Below are positions 13,660 through 24,982 of a stretch of DNA of 64,000 nt, one piece after another; positions within the stretch are counted from its first letter, which is position 1, and each line of letters opens with the position of its first letter. The notes beneath the pieces are model-generated. The model was not told where the DNA came from, did not search any database, and saw only the letters and a program-made list of their open reading frames with translations. The DNA comes from Octopus bimaculoides (taxonomy: Eukaryota). Position numbers and translations under genes: made by a program. The DNA is taken from the NCBI RefSeq assembly GCF_001194135.2, contig NC_068987.1:32995729-33059728 (forward strand), given 5' to 3'.

Positions 13660-14500
13660 ACCCATAACCTATTCAACGCGCGTCCAAGAACGCGTTTCAG
13701 TTATCGAGTAGCACTAAAGTACCGGGGTGTTGTGAGAAAAGTTTCAGGTGCTGAAGAAAGGTGCCTGCCTCTTCCGCGTCGGGATGTTGACATGCACTAT
13801 TCTAAAGGTACACTCTTTGCTGCTTTTCACATCCAGGACCACCTACTTACTGTTCGTGTCCTGGAAGATTGACCTATCTATTGACCTAGGCCTATTTGAG
13901 ATGACACACTCCGCTTCCCATTCCATGTCAGCTCAGAGATTCATAGATCTCAAAGTTATTGTTGTTGCTGTTGGTGTTGGCGGAGTTGTGTATTTTAGTT
14001 GGTGCTGCTTTTGTTAAGGTTGTTGTGTTTGTGTGCTTCTCAGGTTTTTTCTCTCTTGTATCTTTTGTTTTTCTTGTGTGTTTGTCCTCTTTTGTGTTAG
14101 TGGACATGCTGGTATTGACGCTGTACTTTCCATTCATGCGAGTTTACATTTTGGGAGCTCGATGTTGCCTTGTTTTGTTTTGTGTGATCTCACAACCAAT
14201 TACACCGCTTCGTTCTCCTCATATCCTGTAAAATTTCGTGCATCCACCAAAATACAATACATGCTAATATCCAGCAGAGGTATAAATCTGGTAGGACTTC
14301 CGGAATTATCTTTACTGATCTTCTTACATATATTTGGGAAAGAGTGAAATCTCTGGGTTGGTAAACCACTAAATGTTGTTCCGTGAGAGCTCAGTTTTAA
14401 ATCACGCCGTTCGCTATCATCTCGAAGAGCCTTTCTTACTTGTGTATTCTGGCAATCTCTTAGCGGTGGGACATTAAACCCGCAGTGATACATAAATCTT
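13660..14500 (-). mobile_element. L1/Tx1-like LINE remnant (APE endonuclease start plus probable ORF1 end)
   Basis: 13660-13880 translates with frameshifts to VVLDVKSSKECTFRIVHVNIPT...FF.HLKLF..TLVLLDN*NAFLDAR, matching APE motifs (LVVLDV..FRLVxVYAPT..FF..L..LVLxGDWNAxLD). The upstream part is less certain and may extend to ~15500. Confidence 0.6.
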
Positions 14501-15669
14501 TCTAACAGTTTCAGCAAGGATTTAAGAAGTCTGCAAGTTCTGGCTGTCTGTCTTCAATTTTCTTAATACTAGCAGAGTCTTCTAACTTTGCCCTATATAA
14601 ATATAATTTTCTCCGTGAATACTCTTGAGAAGGAAATATTGCTATTGTTGTTGACTGTAGTGCTGCTACTAGTTTTGCTCCCACCTCTGCTGCTACCGTT
14701 ACCACTACTGTTGTCATTGTTCGTATTGCTACTCTTTCCACGGCCGCCATAGTTACCTTTTGTGCATTTGCCGCTTCCCGTACTGGTGCTGCTGTTGTTT
14801 TTCTTATTGTTATTGCTGCTGTTTGTTTTTACATTTATTAGTCTTGTTGTTGTTCTTATCGTTGCTCTTTTTACTATAATTTTCATTTGCTGCTATATCA
14901 ATGATGCAATTTATTGAACTCTAAATGTCAACATTGAAACCTATTCCACTTCTTTCATGAGCCATTAAATTCTGTTACATATATTTTGGAGTTTTTGAGG
15001 TGGGTTGCCATTTTATCACATTTTTTGTCTCCGCTCTTCTTTGTTCAGTTTCCTCGTTGTTCAGATTTTGCTGCTCTTACGATAGCTTCTGTGCTTCTGT
15101 TACCTATTTCATCTCTTTCTTTGCTGTTTTCATTTGACCTGCCATGGGATATTCATGGTTTGTCATTTTCAGCATCAGTTAGTTTTTTTTTTGTTTTTAA
15201 TGATATCTCTACGTACATTACTTACTTTTCTTGCATCTATATAACTTTGTGCTTCATTGATTGCTAGGTTTTCTCATGAAGTGTTTGTTTGTACAATGAA
15301 GTTATTATTTGGGATTAATTGAACTGAACTGTGTAAGAAGCTTTTAAAACATCTATATAGTTTTCTCTTGTTCGTTTTATTCATTTTGTTTTACAGGTCT
15401 AGGGCAAGAATTATGCTTGCTCTGATCGTCTTTTTGACAGTTTGTTCCAGGAGCAGACTTTTTACCACCCAGTTAGGTAACGCGATCCTTGATGATCCGA
15501 GTGATGACCGATTCAGCATGAATTTCACCTTCTTGCCATTAAAACAGTGATGTTAACGTTGACTTTAGGAAACAGGTCTGTCTGTTAAGAGCTATATTTT
15601 TGACTCAACGCCGCTTCCAAGTTCATTGAATGGATATGTGGTGGAATACTAATAAGAGTACACCATTTA

Positions 15670-17598
15670 ACTCGCCATAACTTTTTTGAATCTTTGGTAT
15701 TGCCAGAAAATGTTTGCGAATTCAAAAGGCTAAAAAAATTTGCACATGCGCAAAACTTATCATGGATTCTGCTTCGAAGTACATTATAAAACAGGTCATA
15801 ACGTTTTAATTTTTTGGTATTTTCTGAAAGGTTTTGCGAATTTGCGTTCTTACAAACTCTATCTCGTATGATTAAGCAAAAAAAAAAAAAAAGAAGAAAA
15901 TTCCCAAATTTGAACTTCTTCCAAAATATTTTTTTAAAAAAGGTTTTTAAATGTTGGACTTTATGAATCTGAAATTTGTTTCTTTTTGTTCATTTCAAAA
16001 TAAATATCAAAACAGTTGAACTATAATTTCGTGCAGGAGCACATTTTTATTTAATCCACACCACCCAAATCCATGTCTGTGAAAATATGCTACTAAAATA
16101 AATTATCATTTACTTATCTTTTTTCAAAAATCATTGTGATAAATCCTGGCAAAGTGCTGTATAAAATGTCTTGTAATTACTTCGATATGNNNNNNNNNNN
16201 NNNNNNNNNNNNNNNNNNNNNNNNNNNNNNNNNNNNNNNNNNNNNNNNNNNNNNNNNNNNNNNNNNNNNNNNNNNNNNNNNNNNNNNNNNNNNNNNNNNN
16301 NNNNNNNNNNNNNNNNNNNNNNNNNNNNNNNNNNNNNNAAAAAAAACACAGAACTATGTTATAAAAATAAATTAACCTTTGCATACCTTTACTAAATGAA
16401 GGCGGATAAATTTCCCTTATGTCCTTTAAAAACGTTTGATAATTTTTCATGAGTTCCCGCATCTTATCCCTTAAAAATCGCGATAGATGGTTACGGCCAC
16501 ATGTGACCATCAAATATCACCACTTCATCCGTCACATTTATATCTTAAGCTGCGTTTTATTTGAGCCCAGTATGCCTCCAAGATATTTGTATAGACCCCA
16601 GTAACGGGATCTACGAAATTACACGGATGACAGACGGTGCCACTGGTATATCCCAATTTGTATACATTGTATACAACCAGATATCTGTGAAAATTTTCGA
16701 TACAGCTCCCACATTTTCAATGACAACCTCTCTAGTGTTTCTGTATTTCTATCGGGAACAAGTTGTAGGTAAATTTGCTTTTCTATATTATCATAAAGTC
16801 AGAAAACCCACAACTCCTTCATCACTTTTTTCATACACTTGGACAATATGGTTAGAGCCACCTAATTTTTTGTTTATTTTTCATCGATTTCTGTGTAATT
16901 ATCTCACTGCAGTATTCATACCACTGAATGACTGTGTCTCCCCTAATATTATTTATGAACATACAACTGGTTCATTGACAATTCAGTCGAATATGAAGTC
17001 GAATACAATATGGAATAGTGTAAACACCATCAAGTGACTGTTTTGAATAAAGATATCTTCTCTTATTGAGGCAGTGTTTTTGAAATTGCAGCAATACTAA
17101 ACAACTCCCTCTATTGCAATCTAGAATGGCTGTATCGACATTTGACAGTGTCAAACACAATATTTCTTTTTTGCTACTAAATTATTTTCCTTAAAAATCT
17201 GGACGGAGAAGCACCTTGCAACTGGTACCACAAATCAACTCTTGGAAAAGGCATTTCGAAAGTATAAATAATATTAAAACTTGTTGCTTCCAACTTTCAG
17301 ATGAGATGCATACTTCCATATTTCAATTCAATTGTGATATTCTCGCTAGGAGTCATTTCTTTAATTTTCCCGTCGGAATAGGTCTTAGAAATAAAGAGGT
17401 GATAGACATTGTCTGGTTATGTGAATTTTCCCACCAATACTGATGTTGATTCATCTGAGGGTCAAGAGATAATTTAAGTGTATATCAGGACGAATTACAA
17501 AATACATAATAGAGCACATTGCAGGGTTTTATCCACAGTGATTTAAAGAAGGTATGTAAAAGATGATTTATTTTACTAGCAACCTTTTCTGCTAGTAA

Positions 17599-17660
<62 letters not shown>

Positions 17661-18540
17661 ACACACATGTGCTCATGCGCGAAATTATAGTTCAATTTAG
17701 TCAAATTTTATTTTGAGATGAACAAATTGAAACAAAGTCCGTATTTTAAAACCTTGATTAAATGTTTTTTTCGAAAAGAATTTCAAATTTGGAATTAGGG
17801 TAAAGGACCGNNNNNNNNNNNNNNNNNNNNNNNNNNNNNNNNNNNNNNNNNNNNNNNNNNNNNNNNNNNNNNNNNNNNNNNNNNNNNNNNNNNNNNNNNN
17901 NNNNNNNNNNNNNNNNNNNNNNNNNNNNNNNNNNNNNNNNNNNNNNNNNNNNNNNNNNNNNNNNNNNNNNNNNNNNNNNNNNNNNNNNNNNNNNNNNNNN
18001 NNNNNNNNNNNNNNNNNNNNNNNNNNNNNNNNNNNNNNNNNNNNNNNNNNNNNNNNNNNNNNNNNNNNNNNNNNNNNNNNNNNNNNNNNNNNNNNNNNNN
18101 NNNNNNNNNNNNNNNNNNNNNNNNNNNNNNNNNNNNNNNNNNNNNNNNNNNNNNNNNNNNNNNNNNNNNNNNNNNNNNNNNNNNNNNNNNNNNNNNNNNN
18201 NNNNNNNNNNNNNNNNNNNNNNNNNNNNNNNNNNNNNNNNNNNNNNNNNNNNNNNGCCGTGCGCATGCACGGATTTTGTTAACGTTTTCAATTCGGATTT
18301 CAAAGGATTTCAAAAATTATCTTGAAACCATAAATAGAAACAAATGGCAGATGCGGACTATCCGTATTTTAAGACTATGATTTAAAAAAATCGAAAAAGT
18401 CGAAAAATCAGGATGTATGGACAGGGGTGAGAGGAAAAAATTGCATAATCGCATGAGATAGCGTGCACAGAACATAAATTCGCAGACGTTTTCTGAAAAT
18501 ACAAGAAAATCGAAGCTCATAACCGAGTTTGTTTTTCGGT
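15670..18540 (-). mobile_element. Merlin (IS1016/IS1595-like) DNA transposon with long inverted repeats
   Basis: Transposase remnant at 16500-17200, flanked by inverted homologous arms ~15670-16190 and ~17480-18540 (e.g. gaactataatttcg 16019 vs cgaaattatagttc 17680; gctactaaaataaattatc vs gatgatttattttactagc). Exact termini and TSD not resolved. Confidence 0.8.
16500..17200 (-). pseudogene. Merlin DDE transposase, disrupted
   Basis: Frameshift-corrected pieces in order: C..HCQM...YCCNFKNTASIRE; TVIQWYEYCSE; KLGGSNHIVQVYE; WVF*...QLVPDRNTETL; IFTDIW; LGYTSGTVCH..NFVDPVTGVYTNILEAYWAQIKR. These match Merlin/IS1595 motifs (IGG..VxIDE, WVFG, VPDRxAxTL, IxTDxW, NFVDPxTGxHTxxIExxW). Confidence 0.85.
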
Positions 18541-18654
18541 GTGTGTGTGTATGGGGGCGAGGTAGATATATCGCCTGGCATAAGTGTTTAAATGTGTTTT
18601 AAAGTCAGCGATTAATTACTACTTTTGTGTTCGTTCGTTGAGTACCGGTTTGCT

Positions 18655-18658
18655 GTTA

Positions 18659-18744
<86 letters not shown>

Positions 18745-19099
18745 GTTCAGTAGTTTTATTTTTATAACGTGCTTTCACTTCACTACCGAGCGCAGCTCTG
18801 TGTGCCTTGGGTATGTGCTGTGGTTTGCTGTGATGCTCTCATCATTACTATATTGAAAGTGTTTTGCGTAGGATGTGTGCAGTGCCTAGTAGTGCAATTT
18901 TCTGTATGTTATATATATTTGTAAGTCCTGGTGTTCTTGTTATGTATTTGTCTGAATATTTTTTTTATTATACCTAAGGCGCCTACTATGATAGGAATTG
19001 TTTCTGTTTTTAGATTCCGCTTTCGAGTTACCTCTATTTCCAGGTCTTTGTATTTTGAAAGTTTCTCCATTTCTTTTAGGGAAACTTTGTCATCTGCTG
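18655..19099 (-). mobile_element. 5'-truncated RLE-LINE 3' end with (AAT)n tail
   Basis: (ATT)n at 18655-18744, then UTR and RLE C-terminus (minus-strand translation ...SLKEMEKLSKYKDLEIEVTR..LKTETIPIIVGALGII). Nearly identical to 34871-35224. Confidence 0.9.
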
Positions 19100-19100
19100 T

Positions 19101-19146
19101 GTATATGAGATAGAAGGAGAGGATCCTCTCCTTCTATCTCATATAC
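19101..19146. repeat. Perfect 46 bp spacerless palindrome
   Basis: gtatatgagatagaaggagagga|tcctctccttctatctcatatac: the 23 bp arms are exact reverse complements, centred on GGATCC. Confidence 0.95.
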
Positions 19147-19381
19147 GCTAGTTATGTTTATTTATCATTCACTTTACTATGAATTGTGGCACAATATGGA
19201 CAGATTTGGAATACCGATGAACTTTTATGTAAACGTATCATTTAAAAGGATAAACATATTACAATGGATATTACATTAGATAATACCAAGCGGACTTCCC
19301 CTTTTTCTCTCTCCCGTTTCTCTCTCTTTTTCTTTTTTCTTTGTGATTTCTTCTTTGTGATATAATCTTGGGAAAGAATAT

Positions 19382-19488
19382 ATTTGCGGCTGAAGATAGC
19401 TTTAAACCATCCTGTCTATCAATTATATACTCATGTAATGATGCAACGACTGTTTGTGTATAAAGCTTGAAACACGTGTACCGCGGAA
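19382..19488 (+). ncRNA. Type I hammerhead ribozyme (Penelope-like element type)
   Basis: Stem I 5' UUUGCGG; core CUGAAGA (19390-19396); stem II AGCUUU/AAAGCU with a long loop; GAAA (19469-19472); palindromic stem III ACACGUGU; cleavage triplet GUA ending 19480; stem I 3' CCGCGGA. Confidence 0.7.
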
Positions 19489-19521
19489 TCCTTTGTTTTC
19501 TGTTTTAATTTTACGTTTTTA

Positions 19522-19524
<3 letters not shown>

Positions 19525-19592
<68 letters not shown>
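19525..19592. repeat. (TA)n microsatellite
   Basis: Uninterrupted TA repeat. Confidence 0.95.
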
Positions 19593-19595
<3 letters not shown>

Positions 19596-20182
19596 CTCTT
19601 CCTACAATATCTCGTAATGTGTTCTCTTATCTCTATTCTTATCAATGACGTCGTAAATATATACAACCTTAATCGTCATATTTCCATTTGAATTACCACA
19701 TTTTCCTCATCTTCTACTTTATTATACTTCCATGCCAACTTATTACGTATCTTAAGTAAACAAGAGTCCTTAATCTATTTCCACTTCATCCTTTTTAGTT
19801 CTTCCCCCTCCCCCTATATTTTCATAAAAAACTTCATTAACTTTCTAGTATAATCTTTACAAACATTTTTTTACACTAAAGATTCTTCATCTGTTTATGA
19901 TTAATTATAAAAAAATACCAGTATTTTTCTTAACGGTTAGATTTAATTTACTCACCCAATGTTGCATATATGGAGATTTAATTAAAAATCTATAATAATC
20001 TGTAGAGATTGTGTTATCGATATATCTATATTTATATTTTCCTCTAGCCGTTCAGTTGTTAGTTGTGACTTAATATTTGACATGGCTCTCATCACCATCG
20101 CACACAGATAGGAACAGACAAGCATGAAACTCATAGATCTATGTTCTGTGCTCTTTTTTTAAAGTTCCTGTTATTATTTTCT

Positions 20183-20248
20183 ATCTGCACTGATGAGTAC
20201 TATGATAATTTATATCTATGTACGAAACAATTGTATAAATGAATAAAC
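20183..20248 (+). ncRNA. Hammerhead ribozyme core with poor stem I
   Basis: CUGAUGA (20190-20196), GUAC...GUAC stem II with the canonical G-C closing pair, GAAA (20224-20227), palindromic ACAAUUGU, then A20235. Stem I pairing is not convincing. Confidence 0.55.
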
Positions 20249-21170
20249 TTCTTACAACTTTTTAACATTTTATCTCCTCTATTTTTGACAAATATGATTG
20301 GATTTGTAGAACTCCATTCCATAAATTAATCATGCACTTAATATTCTAATACACACACACACACACACAAATGCGCGCGCGCACACACACACGCACACAC
20401 ACACACGCACACACACACACATATATATATATATGGGTGTGTATGATTGTGTATAGAAGAATATATTACTCAAAGAAATAACAAGTTTGATTTTCCTATT
20501 TTATAATGATATAATATAAGATAATATAATATAATGAAATGATAGAGTATTAAATGTCCATTCTGATTGAACTAATACTTTCATGGATTAAACTATACAA
20601 TCTTCGGTTTCATATAGTAATGGTGACAGTTATGTTTTACAATTCACAACTATGGTGAGATGGCTAAACTCTGTGCCTTAAATACATTTGCATAGACTTC
20701 ACAATGTTCATCTTTGAAAACTGTACTCTAACCAAACTGTATTCTGACAACAACGATACTGGAGGTGCTTATTATGATGATAGCAAGAAAATACTAGCTA
20801 AATCACGAGAAAAGTCAGTAAAAAATATTTTATCTTTTTAGGGTCTAAAGTTCTATTACCACAGCTGCTCCTACCACAACCCTCACCACCCGTCACCACC
20901 ACCAGCACAACAAAAACAACAGCAACAGCAACAACAACAACCAAAACGACAACAATAATAAAGGAGATGATAATGATGATAATAGTTGAAATGTAAACAA
21001 CACCAGGAAATATTATTTACATTCCTAAAAATCACCCAATACTTACTGCTTTGGCCAGGGTCAAAATACGGGTCTCTTGACAAGTTCCACAATCCATAAC
21101 GCCTAAATCAAACATCAATCAACTTAAGTAATTTAGTAAAATCACACTGATTGATCAGTTCGCAAAAATG

Positions 21171-21214
<44 letters not shown>

Positions 21215-21544
21215 GTGGAGGGCTATGTATGTATGTATGTACAAAAAGTATTCAAAACACTGATCCAGATGAATAGACAACAAACAGGGTGCATTATTTT
21301 GACGCAAATGAAGAATGGAAGAAGTCTTTGTACTTTCGCGTCTACGCTCTTCTAAAAATCATAGATGTGACTCGTGAGCGAATATCACCTGATAGTATAT
21401 GCCATGCTTTCGCTAATTATTTCAACTGTCTTTAGTAATCCTCAGGTGACATAGTAAACATAAATGCCCTCTTGCCACTTCTATCTAGTGGAGCATTGAC
21501 AATATGAGACTGGTGTCAGAGAGAGTGCTTCAGTATATTCTTTT

Positions 21545-21748
21545 CTACTCTTGGCACAAGGCCTGAAATTTTGAGGGAATGGGCCAGTCGATTAGATCGA
21601 CTCCAGTACGCAACTGGTGCTTAATTTATCGACCCCGAAGGATGAAAGGCAAAGTCGACCGCGGTGGAATTTGAACTCAAACGAAAAGACAGAAAAAATA
21701 CCGCTAAGCATTTCGCCCAGTGTGCTAACGTTTCAGCCAGCTCGCTGT
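21545..21748 (-). mobile_element. tRNA-derived SINE family A
   Basis: Reverse complement carries the A box (gagctggctgaaacgttag), the B box (gagttcaaattcc) and the gtcgataaattaagcaccagttgcgtactggagtcgat core. Confidence 0.9.
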
Positions 21749-21769
21749 CGTACCACTTCATTATATTGG

Positions 21770-21870
21770 AGCAAGGTGAAATAAAGTACCTTACTCAAGG
21801 ACATAACGATTCGTTGTTCCAAGAATCGAACGCATGATTTATACTAATGCACCCAATGCTCTAACCGACA
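21770..21870 (-). mobile_element. Head fragment of a third SINE family (C)
   Basis: ggagcaaggtgaaataaagtaccttactcaaggacataac resembles ggagcaacgtgaaatagtgtcttgctcaagaacacaa at 39485-39520. Confidence 0.5.
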
Positions 21871-22338
21871 ATATACATCTCACCACACACACACATATCT
21901 ATATGTGTACAGATGAGTGTGTACGTATACACATGAACACACACGAACACATGCATATACACAGTGACTACAACAGCATTCTATTTGAATTAATAATGAT
22001 TGCAGGTTTCACTTTGTAACTGCAACTTTCGCTAGTGATTAAAAATATTTTTCAAATGGCTTCAATCAGAAATTGGAAGCGGAATAGCGGATATGGATGT
22101 CTGGTAACTTATTTCTTCCACAACATTGCTCGCCGCATCATTCCAATAATTTGATATTGATTAGATTTTGATTAGTACCTGCTAGAGAGTTAGCCAGAAT
22201 AGCCAAAGCTGTAGTGAGTTGAGTAAAATATAATTATTCAGTTTGTCTTCATTGTATTTTGTGTCTAAAACTCTGTATCTTTTCAATTCAGATCAGGGGT
22301 GTCTACGAGTTGAGACATCTGTTGTCGATCATCTTGCT

Positions 22339-22403
<65 letters not shown>

Positions 22404-22424
22404 NNNNNNNNNNGAGAGAGAAAG

Positions 22425-22465
<41 letters not shown>
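22339..22465. repeat. (GA)n microsatellite with gap
   Basis: Direct reading. Confidence 0.95.
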
Positions 22466-22469
<4 letters not shown>

Positions 22470-24938
22470 GGATAGAGAGCAGATATGTCACTACATGTTC
22501 TTAAAAATGACACTTTGGAGAGTGTTGTCCGGAATGGGCTAGGTATAAAAATCTAGATAAACGTCGCAAGCTGTCATTTGAACGCTGGTAATATCTCATT
22601 CCGGAAAACAAATAGGAACAACATTAGAAGATTTAGTTCGGCTTTAAGCATGTGGTCATGTGCAGCTGTAAGAATAAAATAATGCTTCCTACTTTTTCGA
22701 ACTGTACTCGTGTAAATATTTAATACATGCAACGGTATGGATGAGTTATGATAATTTATCCGTAGCGCCATCCTGTGCCATCTAGCTATATGTACAGAAG
22801 GCTCAAAAGAGATATTCACTTTCATGTGGTCTTGATGATACTATTCAAAGTAGTAGAATACTGGCTGTATGACATTTTGTTATATCATCTAATATTCTGT
22901 GGTTGCTGTAGAGATTAACATTCCAATACCAGGAACGTACCTGGGTAGATATACTCCCCTTCTTTCTTGTCTGCGAAATGTGTGACTGTGTCTCTCATAT
23001 TAGATAATGCTATTTCAAATGCTGGTTTGGCAGAAACCTCTCGGTGCCGCGCTACATTTATGGAGGATTTTCAGGTTTTGATAGTATGCAACTGGCGAAG
23101 CCATTGTCTTTTACAGTGGTTTCTAGGCCTGCGACATGAAGTTGCTAATCGATGAATTATGGCGAACCGTAAGCAGTCACGAGTTGTGGTGATCATAGTG
23201 TCTGATGTATTTTCTTTGGTCGGTCTGTAATATTGACGCATACGTTGTGGACAATGTTGCCAATCCTCTTGATCTACTAAACACTAGGTAATTGCAAATA
23301 ACATTATTTGGTCATATTTCATATTAAAAAAAAACGTTATAAAGGGTGCCGTTCTGATATAACAATAGTGAGACATTGAGTTTTAATAAACTGATTACTT
23401 AATATAGGGAAGAGTACGTGTCAAGAAAATCAGCAGTGTCTTTCGTTGACTTCCTGCTGTAAGGACGGAGTGAATGAGGTAAAATGGTAGAAAGACTAGA
23501 ATGCCTGTCCAGGCGTAATACTACACTTATTTACTTTCACGCTTCGAATTCGCATCTCGACAGCGACGACTTTGACCATCATCCCACCCATCTTCCTACA
23601 CATACTGGCAAAATGTCATACCAGGTAAAAATCTATAGATGTACTCTGTAGCAGAGCATAGAAATCTTGTGCATGTCAACAGTTAATTGATTATTAGGCT
23701 TGTCTATCTATGTGTGGCTTCTTGCCAAGTTAGCAATCAATATATATTTCTCAGAGCGATGCAGAGCTGTGGAGAGAATACAGTTGAGAGTTGGCTAATA
23801 TTGATTGCAACATTTAGTTGCATTTTAAGTTCAAATCACGTCGGGGTAAATGAAAGAACTACCACATAAATATCAAACAACTCACCTGACTTCACAGTGA
23901 TAATAAGTTTTGCACATACGCGAGAGTACGCGTGCGCCTTTCTTTGTGTGTATGTGTGTGTGTGTGCCTGTGCGCCTGTGTGTGTGTGTATGTGCATGTG
24001 CATTTGTGAATGTGTGTTTGTTGATAAGTGAGCAATAAAATGGTATGTACATGTTCTTATTGGTATTTTTTGTTTAGGTTGCAAGACTATCTTTGAACTA
24101 GTGGAACAATTATTAGAACTGATTCAGGCCTAGCAATCTATCTTATGTCGAGATACACATATTTTACAGTATATTACACAACTTATTCTGTTTTAAGTTC
24201 GTAATTTTTAAGAAAAATTGGCTGCAATTTGTTTGATCAAGCATATAGCGTCTCCATCGTTGGGTTTTATCCGTTAGGTTGGTGACAGTGACGATGTAAG
24301 TTCTCCTTCGCCTTATGCATTTGAACATGCTCGACATTTCTTTTTCTGGATGAATATTCCCCGCTCAAAAGTCAATCGAGCTAATTACCAATTGATTGAT
24401 ATCTTTCATTAGCAAAGGTTGATTATTTGACTCCATTCATCTCACTTGCATAAAATGGAATTTTTTCTTCCTTTTTGAAAAAAATAAAACTGTAACCAGC
24501 TGCATAAAGGTAAGGTTAGCAATATTGATTATATGGTCACGTTTTGAATCGCCGTAAACAACCTTTTATCACTAATATCTCTCATAAACAACAAACCTCG
24601 GGGGTAAACCTGAACACCACAGATTCCCCATTCTCATTTCATTTCTCCTGGAAATGTCAATTTTATGGTTTCCACATAAATTACTCTTTTTTTTCTTCCG
24701 TAGTTACTTTTCATTTCTTAATTTCTACATTTGTTTTCTTCCCTCTTTCTTCCTGTTTCCTTCTCCGCAACCATTTATTCATTCTTTTATCAATTTATGT
24801 CAACTTTATTTCTCTGAGATTATTTTCTTCATTCTTACGTTACATTATTCCTTATCCCCTCCGTCCCTTCCTTTCCTTTTTTATTTTTTCACTGCTCCAT
24901 TTTGTTGTTGCAGTTGTCGTAGTTACTGTTGTTTTACA

Positions 24939-24948
24939 TCATCATCAT

Positions 24949-24982
<34 letters not shown>

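Noticed and set aside
15397-15477. Plus-strand acceptor ttttgttttacag and donor-like ag|gtaacg
   Set aside because: Lies in the T-rich antisense strand of a probable LINE remnant, where acceptor-like sites are common.
12618-21102. Chain of minus-strand mini-exon candidates with gtaagt donors (21047-21102, ~13419-13457, ~12618-12640) and ORF 12782-13000
   Set aside because: Some phases are compatible, but the peptide (RYGLWNLSRDPYFDPGQS...) is not recognisable and such sites arise by chance in AT-rich DNA. Spliced RNA-seq would be needed.
22500-23330. Possible decayed LINE endonuclease (DH-like motif in ORF 22574-22825)
   Set aside because: Only one weak motif; no ordered motif series could be established by eye.
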